From: Chlamydiota bacterium
GTDB lineage: Bacteria > Chlamydiota > Chlamydiia > Chlamydiales > SM23-39
Length of the DNA stretch: 64,000 bases
Assembly (NCBI GenBank): GCA_027366035.1
Contig: DAHXLK010000017.1
Location: forward strand, 8,137-72,136
Reading direction: 5' to 3'
The translations under genes were made by a program, and so were the position numbers. This document shows positions 9,657 to 18,730 of this stretch, piece by piece. The notes beneath the pieces were generated by a model. That model worked only from the letters and a program-made list of their open reading frames with translations. It did not search any database and was not told the origin of the DNA. The stretch's first letter is position 1. Every line of letters begins with the position of its first letter.

Positions 9657-9822
9657 GGGCTATTTTGATCTTCGCATAGCTTTTAAAATTTGAGCTTTGC
9701 AAGGCCGGTTTGATTTTTTTTTGAAAATGACATATCCTACCAAGGTATAGGCACTTTTAAAAAGATCAAATTCGGGAAAGCAAGGGTAAAATTTTAACCA
9801 AATGGGAGATTTCAACAGTCCC
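9657..9822 (+). repeat. Family-A element, copy A3 (left terminal repeat decayed)
   Basis: Aligns to A1/A2 from ttaaaatttgagctttgc to agatttcaacagtccc. The left end has degenerated to gggctattttgatcttc. It lies 32 bp after A2 and ends 1 nt before the ychF stop codon. Confidence 0.85.
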
Positions 9823-9823
9823 G

Positions 9824-10918
9824 TCATGCATGATAAAACAAAATAACATCTCCATCTTGGACGATATATTCTTTTCCTTCTGACCTAGCTTTACCTGCTT
9901 CTCTAGCTTGAACCCTTCCTTTATAGGTGATCATATCCGAATAGGAGATGACCTCTGCACGAATAAACCCTTTTTCGATATCGCTATGGATACAGCCGGC
10001 AGCTTGGCTAGCTGTCATTCCTTTTTGGATCGTCCACGCACGGGTCTCCATCTCTCCTGCAGTGATGAAGGTAACAAGTCCAAGGAGCTCAAAGGCTGCT
10101 TTGATAAGTCTATTCAGCCCAGTCTCTTCGAGGCCGATGCTGTGTAAAAATTCTTTGGCATCTGCCTCATGTAACTGGGCTATCTCTTCTTCTAATTTGG
10201 CTGAGAGGGGAATTATCTTATTCCCTTCTACGTTTGCATACTCTTGGACACGCCGCGTAAGAGGATTTTCCATGGAGGGAAGGTCGTTTTCGCTGACATT
10301 GGTCACATAGAGAATTTTTTTTAAGGTGAGAAAAGGATATTTTTTTGCGATTTTGGCTTCTTCCTCAGTGAACGAGAATTTTCGAAGGGAAAGATTTTGG
10401 TTGAGATGGGAGAGGATTTTAGTAAAAAGGGCATGTTCTGCCTCTAACTCTTTTTTCCCTTTCATCTGCTTGGCAAGGCGGAAGGTGATGTTTTCGGCCA
10501 TCTGCAGATCAGCTAAGATGAGCTCAAGATTGATAACTTCGATATCTTGGATTGGGTCGATCTCTTGCATGATATGTATGACTTTCTCATCTTCAAAACA
10601 TCGGACTACTTGGATAATGGCATCAGTTTCGCGGATATTGGCGAGAAACTGGTTTCCGAGCCCCTCTCCTTTCGACGCCCCTTTGACAAGCCCTGCGATA
10701 TCGACAAAGGTGACCGTAGCATAGACAATTTTTTTGCTCTTATGGAGGAGGGCCAACTGTTCTAGCCTAGGGTCGATGAGGTTGACAATGCCCAGGTTCG
10801 GGTCGATGGTGCAAAAAGGATAGTTTTCGGCAGCGACCTGTTTTTTGGTGAGGGCATTAAAGAGGGTCGACTTGCCCACGTTGGGAAGCCCTACGATACC
10901 ACAAGAGAGCTCTTTCAT
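9824..10918 (-). CDS. ychF: Ribosome-binding ATPase YchF
   Basis: 364-aa ORF. G1 motif GIVGLPNVGKSTLFNALT. C-terminal TGS-like domain (RAWTIQKGMTASQAAGCIHSDIEKGFIRAEV). Confidence 0.96.
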   Translation of the reverse strand: MKELSCGIVGLPNVGKSTLFNALTKKQVAAENYPFCTIDPNLGIVNLIDPRLEQLALLHKSKKIVYATVTFVDIAGLVKGASKGEGLGNQFLANIRETDAIIQVVRCFEDEKVIHIMQEIDPIQDIEVINLELILADLQMAENITFRLAKQMKGKKELEAEHALFTKILSHLNQNLSLRKFSFTEEEAKIAKKYPFLTLKKILYVTNVSENDLPSMENPLTRRVQEYANVEGNKIIPLSAKLEEEIAQLHEADAKEFLHSIGLEETGLNRLIKAAFELLGLVTFITAGEMETRAWTIQKGMTASQAAGCIHSDIEKGFIRAEVISYSDMITYKGRVQAREAGKARSEGKEYIVQDGDVILFYHA

Positions 10919-11448
10919 AAGGACCTTCCTAACATCGCCTCTGTTTCAAGAGTGTCTCCTTTATTTAGAGCCTCACGAATACGAGAGCTGGAAATGATTT
11001 TGCCTTTATAGGTGACCTTAGGAATGTAGGTCACTTCAAATTCAAGGTTTTTACTAAAAGCACGGACGGAAGCTGCATCGCCTTTGCGATCTTTTCCAAA
11101 CGTAGCCCCTTCTCCAAGCAAGAGGTGGGAGAAATGGAGTTTTTTATGAAGACAGGTGAGAAATTTGTCATAGGGAACTTCGGGGGTAAATGGGAGGATT
11201 ACGACTAAATCTAGGCCAAATTGGTCTAGTAATGTCAATTTTTCTTTCTCGGTCAATAGGGGGGTGAAAGGCGTTTCAGGATGGAGGATAGCTTGGGGAT
11301 GGGAAGAAAAGGTAATGAGGGCCGAAAAGGTATTTGGGATATTTTTTAAAGCTGCAATGAGAGCTTGATGGCCGAGATGAAGACCGTCGAAAGCACCTAA
11401 AGTGATGGCGTAAGAGGGTATTTTATTAAGATTACGGGATATGTGCAT
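10915..11448 (-). CDS. ribF: FMN adenylyltransferase (FAD synthetase) domain protein; RibF lacking the riboflavin-kinase domain
   Basis: 177-aa ORF. Motif ITLGAFDGLHLGHQALI. It ends at ...EAMLGRSL, where bifunctional RibF normally enters the kinase domain. Its stop overlaps the ychF start. Confidence 0.75.
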   Translation of the reverse strand: MHISRNLNKIPSYAITLGAFDGLHLGHQALIAALKNIPNTFSALITFSSHPQAILHPETPFTPLLTEKEKLTLLDQFGLDLVVILPFTPEVPYDKFLTCLHKKLHFSHLLLGEGATFGKDRKGDAASVRAFSKNLEFEVTYIPKVTYKGKIISSSRIREALNKGDTLETEAMLGRSL

Positions 11449-12151
11449 AGAGATGCTCGTGTAAAAGAAAGTGGGGGTTTAAGAGTTCTTTTTCATCGAT
11501 ACAATCTTTTAGGTGAAAGGGGCCCAATCTATTTCGAATGAGGGAAAAAAGATGAGCGCCGCAACCAAGGTTTCTTCCTAAATCATAAGCGACAGAGCGG
11601 ATATAGGTCCCTTTACTACATTGGATGTGGAGTTCTAGGTAGGGATACTTATAGGATAATAGGTGGGTCGAAAGGGTTATTTTGCAAGGAGGTCTCTCTA
11701 CCACTTTGCCTTGCCTAGCGAGCTCATAGAGCTTTTTTCCCCGATGTTTTTTGGCAGAAAACATCGGGGGTATTTGATCGATATCTCCTTGAAAATGGGT
11801 CAGGGCTTTTTCTAGATCGGCTAAGGTGGGCTCTTTAGAAGAAGTAGCCACTATTTTCCCTTCTTTATCATAAGTGTCAGTATCCATGCCTAACTGAATC
11901 TTCACTAGATACTCTTTATCTTGCGTAAGAAAGTAGGGGGCTTGTTTTGTATAGGTTTTACCAAGGAGCATCACCATCACCCCGGAAGCAATAGGGTCTA
12001 ATGTCCCTGAATGGCCAATTTTTTTGATTTTAGCAATTTTACGAAGCTGTCGTACAAGGGAAAAAGAAAAAGTCCCCGAAGTTTTATTGACCGGAAGGAT
12101 CCCCTCATTTCTCGTTTTCATGACGAGAGGACTGCTCTTGATGGATTTCAT
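11432..12151 (-). CDS. truB: tRNA pseudouridine(55) synthase TruB
   Basis: 239-aa ORF. Motif GHSGTLDPIASGVMVMLLG with the catalytic Asp. The start may be the internal Met at 12121. Confidence 0.92.
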   Translation of the reverse strand: MKSIKSSPLVMKTRNEGILPVNKTSGTFSFSLVRQLRKIAKIKKIGHSGTLDPIASGVMVMLLGKTYTKQAPYFLTQDKEYLVKIQLGMDTDTYDKEGKIVATSSKEPTLADLEKALTHFQGDIDQIPPMFSAKKHRGKKLYELARQGKVVERPPCKITLSTHLLSYKYPYLELHIQCSKGTYIRSVAYDLGRNLGCGAHLFSLIRNRLGPFHLKDCIDEKELLNPHFLLHEHLYAHIP

Positions 12152-12479
12152 TTAAAATTTTCTCAATCTTCAGATGCTCTTCCACAGAGGTATCGAGCTT
12201 GAAAGTAAGAGAGGGAAAATAACGGATAACGATTTTTTTAGAAGCAGAGACTGCAATGAAGCCCGCTGCCGATTGCAGTGCTTCGATCGTCTTTTTCTTC
12301 TCTTGTTCATCCCCAATGATGCTGACATAGACTTTGGCATGGTGTAGATCAGCAGATATCTCCACACGAGTTACTGATATAAACTGGGCTATGTTAGGAT
12401 TGCGGACCTCTTTTCGGATTACTTCCGATATTACTTCGGTTAATAAGGAGCCTAATCGCTGTAATCGCTTTTGTTTCAT
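12105..12479 (-). CDS. rbfA: Ribosome-binding factor A
   Basis: 124-aa [24 protein letters not shown]...[18 protein letters not shown] is typical of RbfA. Confidence 0.9.
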   Translation of the reverse strand: MKQKRLQRLGSLLTEVISEVIRKEVRNPNIAQFISVTRVEISADLHHAKVYVSIIGDEQEKKKTIEALQSAAGFIAVSASKKIVIRYFPSLTFKLDTSVEEHLKIEKILNEIHQEQSSRHENEK

Positions 12480-14761
12480 AACTCTTGTTTTAGGTAGGTG
12501 ATTTCATAGGCTTGCAGGATATCTCCCTCTTTGAGGTTGGTAAAGTTTTCAAGGAGGATTCCACATTCTAAACCTTTAGTAACCTCTTTAACATCCTCTT
12601 TCACCCTTTTTAAAGAGGCTATCTTTCCCTGCCAGATAACTTCTTTGCTACGAATAACACGGATCAAATTGCTACGGGAAACTGTCCCTTCTGTCACCTG
12701 GCAGCCGGCGATAATACCCAGTTGAGAAGATTTGAAAGTTGCTTTGACAACGGCAGTGCCGGTATTGGTCTCTTGCGGGATACGATCGAGTAGTTCTGTC
12801 ATTATATCGCGGACATCATCTACCGCATGGTAGATGATGTTGTGAAGGCGGACTGTCACCTCCTTTAATTTAATAAGACTGTCAGAGTGGGCTTCGATTT
12901 TCGTATGAAAGCCAATAATAGTCGCTTTTGAAGCAGCAGCAAGTTCGATGTCCGATTCGGAGACTTCTCCAATGCTTGTTTGGACGATTTCTAGACGCAC
13001 TTTATCCGAAGGAAGCTTTAAAAGCGAGGTGAGAAGAGCTTCCAGAGAGCCCTGTACGTCGGCTTTTAAAATAAGGGGAAGGACCTTCTTTTCTCCAAAT
13101 TCTTTTTGCTGCTGTAAAATTTTGTCGAGACCGGGTTTTTTCTGTTGCAGGAGTTTTTGCTCCTGTCCTTCCAGGCGGCCCTGGGCGAGCTCTTTGGCCT
13201 CTTTTTCGCTTTTGACCACGATAAATTCTGATCCCGCTTCGACAAGGTCGGAAAGACCGGTAATTTTTACAGGAGTAGAAGGGCCGGCTATTTCCAAGTG
13301 GTTCCCATGTTCATCTTGCATTGTTTTTACGGAACCCCAGTGGAAACCTAAGACGATTGCGTCTCCTTTTTTTAAGGTTCCATTTTGTATGAGGACCGTA
13401 GCTACCGCTCCCATCCCTTTATGCATCTGCGATTCGAGGATGGCCCCACGTGCTCTCGTGCGGGGGTTGGCTCGCAGTTCTAATACCTCTGATTGGAGAG
13501 CGATCATTTCCAATAGTTCAGGGATCCCCTTTCCTGTAGTAGCAGAGCAGTTGACGGTGATAGTAGTTCCTCCCCAAGATTCAGGGAGAAGGTCGTGGTC
13601 GGCAAGTTCTCGGTAAATTTTTTGGGGATCAAAACTTGTTTTATCCGATTTATTGAGGGCGACGATGATAGGTACTTTTGCCTCTTTGGCCTGATTCATC
13701 GCCTCTATTGTCTGCTCTTTCATCCCTTCATCCCCCGCAATGACTAAGACGACAACATCGGTTACATTAGCACCCCTTCCCCGCATTTCAGAAAATGCTT
13801 CGTGGCCGGGGGTATCTAAAATAGTGATCTCTCCGGAATTGGTTTTTGTTTTAAAAGCACCGATATGCTGGGTGATGGCCCCGGCTTCTTCGGAGGTGAT
13901 ATTACTCTTGCGGATAGCATCGATAAGGCTCGTCTTGCCGTGATCGACATGTCCCATGAAGGTGACTACGGGAGCACGGGGCATTAGCTTTTCTTTTGGT
14001 GTTTGGACGATTTCTTCAGCGATGGTTTTGTCGGTGATTTTGAGCCTTTCTTCTTGAGAAGTATCGATTGCGATTTCACAGTCAAAATCATGTCCTAGGA
14101 GCTGTACTGTCGTCTCATCTTCGAGAAAATCGTTTAAGGTAAGGGTGAGCCCTTTCATAAAGAGCTTGGCGATAAGCTGCGAAGCTTTTAACTTCATATC
14201 TTGGGCAAGATCTTTGATCGAAATGGGAAGACGGACAGTAAGCGCTTTAGGGCGGAGGACAAGTTCTTCTATATTCGTCTGTTTGCGAGCGAATCTCCGT
14301 TTTTTTCTCCAAGCCTCTTCTTCTCGTTGATCTCGGAGCCCCAGTCTATCTCTTGCATCAAAACGGGTGGTTTCTTTGCGACGGGGTGGCTTAAAATCTT
14401 TGAAATCTCTAAAACCACCACCTTTACGGCTAGCATCTTCTTCGAGATAGGCTTCTAACCCCTTTTTAGGAGGAGATTTTGGCTCTTCCTTTATCTCTTC
14501 CTTTTTTTCTCCCTCTTTTGAAGGAGGGGCTTTTTCCATAGACTCAACAGGAGGTTTTGCTTCTTCAATAGAAAGGACCTCTTCAGCAGTAGGTAAGATA
14601 CGGGCCCGAGGTTTTTGAACCTCTTCTTCCAAAATAGCTTCTTTAATCCTCACTTTTTTCTTGGGAGGGCCATCTTCCGATATTTTTTTCTTAGGCGCCT
14701 GAATATGAAGAGCTTCGGCAAGCTGAGTGTTTTTAATATTGAGTTTAAGGTTTTTAGCCAA
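12476..14761 (-). CDS. infB: Translation initiation factor IF-2
   Basis: 761-aa ORF. GTPase motifs [21 protein letters not shown]. Charged Lys/Glu-rich N-terminal region. Confidence 0.97.
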   Translation of the reverse strand: MAKNLKLNIKNTQLAEALHIQAPKKKISEDGPPKKKVRIKEAILEEEVQKPRARILPTAEEVLSIEEAKPPVESMEKAPPSKEGEKKEEIKEEPKSPPKKGLEAYLEEDASRKGGGFRDFKDFKPPRRKETTRFDARDRLGLRDQREEEAWRKKRRFARKQTNIEELVLRPKALTVRLPISIKDLAQDMKLKASQLIAKLFMKGLTLTLNDFLEDETTVQLLGHDFDCEIAIDTSQEERLKITDKTIAEEIVQTPKEKLMPRAPVVTFMGHVDHGKTSLIDAIRKSNITSEEAGAITQHIGAFKTKTNSGEITILDTPGHEAFSEMRGRGANVTDVVVLVIAGDEGMKEQTIEAMNQAKEAKVPIIVALNKSDKTSFDPQKIYRELADHDLLPESWGGTTITVNCSATTGKGIPELLEMIALQSEVLELRANPRTRARGAILESQMHKGMGAVATVLIQNGTLKKGDAIVLGFHWGSVKTMQDEHGNHLEIAGPSTPVKITGLSDLVEAGSEFIVVKSEKEAKELAQGRLEGQEQKLLQQKKPGLDKILQQQKEFGEKKVLPLILKADVQGSLEALLTSLLKLPSDKVRLEIVQTSIGEVSESDIELAAASKATIIGFHTKIEAHSDSLIKLKEVTVRLHNIIYHAVDDVRDIMTELLDRIPQETNTGTAVVKATFKSSQLGIIAGCQVTEGTVSRSNLIRVIRSKEVIWQGKIASLKRVKEDVKEVTKGLECGILLENFTNLKEGDILQAYEITYLKQEL

Positions 14762-14764
14762 CGC

Positions 14765-16039
14765 TTATACCTTTTTATGCTTCATTTGTTCTAAAATTTT
14801 GTCCGCGACATCAAAGTAGTTGAAGCCGGGGACCTTGGAAGTAAGCTCATGTGGACTGGCGCTGACTACTTTATATAAGGAGTCAAAACCGGCCGAATTT
14901 AGACTCTCGCTGATAAGGGTGCTCACCCCTTCGATGCGAAGAGGGCTTATGTGTATCGATGGGTCTTCACTTTTAGAAAGCTCTTCCATCTGTAGAGCGA
15001 CATGTTTTTGGTATTCGCTTAATTTTTGCACTTCAAACTCACAGCCGATTAGCTGTGAAATAAGTCTAGCATTCATCCCCCTCTTTCCAATGACGGCCGG
15101 GTAGTCTTCGTCTCCTACAATGATAGAAACAAGATTTTCATTGATCTTCAACTTACGAATTTCAATGGGCGATAGAGCATTTTGTAATAGTTGAAGCATG
15201 TCGTCAGAATAAGGGATGACATCGATCTTTTCATTGTTAAGTTCGCGTATGATATTTTTGATCCTTGTCCCCCGCACACCAACACAAGTCCCTACAGGGT
15301 CGACTTTAGGGTCATAGGAACGGACGGCTAATTTTGTCCGGTAGCCGGCATCTCGGACAATCTTTTCAATAGAAACCGTATTGTCGTTAATCTCAGGAAC
15401 CTCTTGTTTAAAGAGCTCTGCTACAAACCCCGGATGGCTCCGAGTTAGGACTACTTCCGCTCCACCACCTTCCGTATCGTGAACTTCTAAGAGGAGGGCT
15501 TGAACTTTTTCTCCAACTTGATAACGTTCGGTTTTGGGATAAAACCGCTCGGGAAGGAGGGCCTCTACTTTACCGAGATCTACGATGATATTTTTTCCGC
15601 GGACAAAACGTTTGATCGTTCCCGATATAATTTCACCTACACGGTGGCGGTACTCTTGATAGATCACATCTCTTTCGGCTCCACGGAGCTTTTGGCTGAT
15701 AATCTGTCTAGCCGTTTGTGCAGCGATCCTCCCAAAATCTTGGGGGGTAATGATAATTTCTAACCATTGACCTAACTGGCAGTTTGGCTCTAATTCCATC
15801 GCCTCTGTTAGAGAAATCTCCTCTTCGGGAAGCCGAACTACTTCGACAATTTTCTTTTGGGTTACGACCTCAATATCTCCCGTTTTAGGGTGAATTTGGA
15901 TATGAACTTTTCCTATGCCGGAGATACTTTTTCTGGCAGCGGCAAGGAGTGATTCGCGGATCGCTTCGATAACGATCTCACGCTTGATACCTTTTTCCCG
16001 TTCTAGGTATTCGAAAATAGCTACTAAATCTTTGTTCAT
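14765..16039 (-). CDS. nusA: Transcription termination/antitermination factor NusA
   Basis: 424-aa ORF with N-terminal, S1 and two KH domains (GVRGTRIKNIIRELNNEKIDVI, IGKRGMNARLISQLIG). Confidence 0.96.
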   Translation of the reverse strand: MNKDLVAIFEYLEREKGIKREIVIEAIRESLLAAARKSISGIGKVHIQIHPKTGDIEVVTQKKIVEVVRLPEEEISLTEAMELEPNCQLGQWLEIIITPQDFGRIAAQTARQIISQKLRGAERDVIYQEYRHRVGEIISGTIKRFVRGKNIIVDLGKVEALLPERFYPKTERYQVGEKVQALLLEVHDTEGGGAEVVLTRSHPGFVAELFKQEVPEINDNTVSIEKIVRDAGYRTKLAVRSYDPKVDPVGTCVGVRGTRIKNIIRELNNEKIDVIPYSDDMLQLLQNALSPIEIRKLKINENLVSIIVGDEDYPAVIGKRGMNARLISQLIGCEFEVQKLSEYQKHVALQMEELSKSEDPSIHISPLRIEGVSTLISESLNSAGFDSLYKVVSASPHELTSKVPGFNYFDVADKILEQMKHKKV

Positions 16040-16076
16040 AATTTTTTTAAAATTATAGAAAGTGGAGGCTTAGAGA

Positions 16077-17813
16077 TTATTCTTCTTCCCTTTCTTCTTT
16101 TTTCTTCTTCTTGACGATCTTTTTCTTTTCTACCACTATATCATCTCGATTGACCTGATTTTTCTCGATAAGATATTCTTTGATCGATAAAGCAATTTTT
16201 TTATGTTCCGGATCTAATTTTATCACCTTGGAGGTTACCTGATCTCCTTTTTTGACGACCTCTTCGACTTTTCCAAAAGGTTGGTCGGAAAGTTCGGTCA
16301 CGTGGATGAGGGCTTCGATCCCATTTTCCAGTTCGACAAAAGCTCCAAAGGCAGTGGTTTTGGTAACCACCCCTTTTACCAAAGAGCCGATAGGTAGCGC
16401 CTTTTCGATATTTTCCCAAGGGTTGCTTCCGAGCTGTTTCACTCCTAAGGTAATCTTTTTGCTCTCTTTATCTACAGAAAGGACGACTGCTTCTACTTTA
16501 TCCCCTTTCTTAAAGATTTCAGAGGGATGGGAGACTTTTTTGATCCAACTAAGGTCGGAGATATGGATCAGCCCGTCTACTCCCGGCTCTAACTCGACAA
16601 AGGCTCCGTAATTGGTGAGGTTTCTAATTTCGGCAGTTACACTGCTGCCGATAGGATATTTCTCCTCTACATTCTGCCAAGGATTGTGTTCCATTTGCTT
16701 GATTCCAAGGGAAATTTTCCCATCCTCTTTTTGACAAGATAAGACGATAGCTTCGAGCTCATCGCCAATACGGACAGCTTCGCTAGGGTCGGTGATATTC
16801 TTAGTCCAAGACATTTCCGAAACATGTATAAGCCCTTCAATCCCCGGTTCTAGTTCGATAAAAGCACCGTAAGAGACTAAATTGACAATTTTGCCACGAA
16901 CTTTTGTCCCGGGTGGATATTTTTGTTCAATCACTTCCCAGGGATTGGTCTCTTTTTGTTTTAATCCTAGGGCTACCCTCCCCTTTTCTTTATCGATATT
17001 AAGGATGACCACTTCGATTTCTTCACCCATATGTACCATCTCGGAAGGGTGCTTGATCCTTTTCCAAGTCATGTCAGTGATGTGTAAAAGTCCGTCGATT
17101 CCATCGAGATCTAAGAAGACACCAAAGTCGGTAATATTCTTTACTACCCCTTTTCTTAAGTCCCCAACATGGGTGTTTTCTAAAAGCTCTGCCTTTTTAC
17201 AGATTCTCTCTTCTTCTAAAAGCTCCCTTCTTGAAACGACGATATTTTTTCTTTCGATATTGATTTTTAAGATTTTAAAATCATAAGTATTGCCGACGAA
17301 TTCCTCTAAATTTTTAATCCGCTTATTGTCGATTTGAGAGCCCGGAAGGAAGGCTTCCAGTCCAATATCAACCATAAGGCCCCCTTTGACTTTTCTTAGG
17401 ACCTTTCCTTTGACAATCGATCCCTCTTTGCAGTTGCTGACGATATGTTCCCACTGCCTTTGTCTCCTTGCTTTATCCTTAGAAAGGACGATTTGCCCAT
17501 CCGAGCCTTCCGTTTGGTCTAAGAAGACCTCTACTTTAGCTCCTAAAGAGATTTCGGTAGGGTCCCAGAATTCCGCGATAGGTACTAGCCCCTCGGATTT
17601 GAGCCCTACATCGATCACGACGAAATCTTTGATTATTTCGACGATTTTTCCGGTGAGGATTTCTCCTGCAGTCATTAGGGCGACAGAGCCCTCTTCAGCA
17701 GTGGCCTCTTTTTTATGGAGCAGGTCACGAAATTGTTTTGCATCAGCATCGGTATAATCGACATCATCTAAAATATTGGAAGTATTCCAATCGTGGGTAG
17801 TGCTTTTAGGCAT
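16077..17813 (-). CDS. rpsA: 30S ribosomal protein S1
   Basis: 578-aa ORF with six S1 repeats (GxV..ItdFGaFveL...GLiHiSe pattern repeated). Confidence 0.96.
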   Translation of the reverse strand: MPKSTTHDWNTSNILDDVDYTDADAKQFRDLLHKKEATAEEGSVALMTAGEILTGKIVEIIKDFVVIDVGLKSEGLVPIAEFWDPTEISLGAKVEVFLDQTEGSDGQIVLSKDKARRQRQWEHIVSNCKEGSIVKGKVLRKVKGGLMVDIGLEAFLPGSQIDNKRIKNLEEFVGNTYDFKILKINIERKNIVVSRRELLEEERICKKAELLENTHVGDLRKGVVKNITDFGVFLDLDGIDGLLHITDMTWKRIKHPSEMVHMGEEIEVVILNIDKEKGRVALGLKQKETNPWEVIEQKYPPGTKVRGKIVNLVSYGAFIELEPGIEGLIHVSEMSWTKNITDPSEAVRIGDELEAIVLSCQKEDGKISLGIKQMEHNPWQNVEEKYPIGSSVTAEIRNLTNYGAFVELEPGVDGLIHISDLSWIKKVSHPSEIFKKGDKVEAVVLSVDKESKKITLGVKQLGSNPWENIEKALPIGSLVKGVVTKTTAFGAFVELENGIEALIHVTELSDQPFGKVEEVVKKGDQVTSKVIKLDPEHKKIALSIKEYLIEKNQVNRDDIVVEKKKIVKKKKKEEREEE

Positions 17814-17947
17814 TTATAAGGGGGCTCCTGCTAAAGTGTTAAAGGAAAAAGTCTAGCAAATGCTCAAGAATTTATGCAATAATTTCCCTGGAAGAGTAAA
17901 AAAAATTTGGACTTTTAAATACTTTCTTCATAAATAATTTATAATGT

Positions 17948-18730
17948 ATGAGCACTTTGGTTATGAAATTTGGGGGGAGTAGTGTCACGGCCCCCGAAAA
18001 CTTTCTCTCTATTGCCAATATCATTGTCGAAAGGTCGAAGGTATTTTCTAAAATAGCCGTGGTGATAAGTGCTATGGGAAATACGACGGATCAGCTTATC
18101 GAGCTTGCTAAAAAAGTCCACCCCGACCCTCCAAAAAGGGAGCAGGATATGCTCATTTCAGTAGGGGAAAGGATTAGCAGTGCCCTTTTGGCTATGGCTT
18201 TGGCTCGAAAAGGGAAGGAGGCGATCAGCTTTACCGGAAGTCAGTCGGGTATTATTACTTCTTCTAATCATGCCGATGCTGTGATTATTGACGTCAAACC
18301 GGGGCGTCTTGTTTCCCATCTAAGCCTTGGAAAGATTGTCATTGTCGCCGGGTTTCAAGGAGTTGGGTTAAACGGAGAGATTACTACTTTAGGCAGAGGG
18401 GGGTCGGATACGACAGCTGTAGCTTTAGCGACTGCTCTTGGCGGGTGTAAAGTAGAATTTTATAAAGACGTATCCGGTATGTATGCCCAGGATCCTAAAA
18501 TAAATCCTTTAGCCCATTTTTATCACAAACTAAATTATGATGAGGCTATTGCTATTGCAAAGAAGGGGGGTATTGTCCATCCCCGCGCACTCATTCTCGC
18601 TAAAAAAAACGGCCTTTCCCTCCGGATCTTATCCTTTTTAGAATATAAGACAGGATCGGTAGAGGAATTGGGGACCCATATTGTGCCTGATATAGATAGA
18701 CCTTCCCCTACTTATGAAGAGGTTCCTTAA
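17948..18730 (+). CDS. lysC: Aspartokinase catalytic domain protein (amino-acid kinase family), no ACT regulatory domains
   Basis: 260-aa ORF. Motifs LVMKFGGSSV, AVVISAMGNTTDQLIELA, LGRGGSDTTAVALA. It ends right after the kinase fold. Confidence 0.75.
   Translation: MSTLVMKFGGSSVTAPENFLSIANIIVERSKVFSKIAVVISAMGNTTDQLIELAKKVHPDPPKREQDMLISVGERISSALLAMALARKGKEAISFTGSQSGIITSSNHADAVIIDVKPGRLVSHLSLGKIVIVAGFQGVGLNGEITTLGRGGSDTTAVALATALGGCKVEFYKDVSGMYAQDPKINPLAHFYHKLNYDEAIAIAKKGGIVHPRALILAKKNGLSLRILSFLEYKTGSVEELGTHIVPDIDRPSPTYEEVP

Noticed and set aside
9459-9822. Two direct 166-bp repeats with a 32-bp spacer, considered as a possible CRISPR-like array.
   Set aside because: The repeat unit is far too long and is itself a palindrome with terminal inverted repeats. 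There are only two units, and the same unit is dispersed singly elsewhere. This is a tandem MITE insertion, not CRISPR.
12948-13616. A 222-aa plus-strand ORF inside infB. Similar antisense or off-frame ORFs occur inside sctV, rpsA, rpoB, rpoC, accC and the island genes.
   Set aside because: They are shadow ORFs opposite or overlapping strongly supported genes. Their composition is low-complexity (Ser/Arg/Pro-rich), as is typical of antisense frames.
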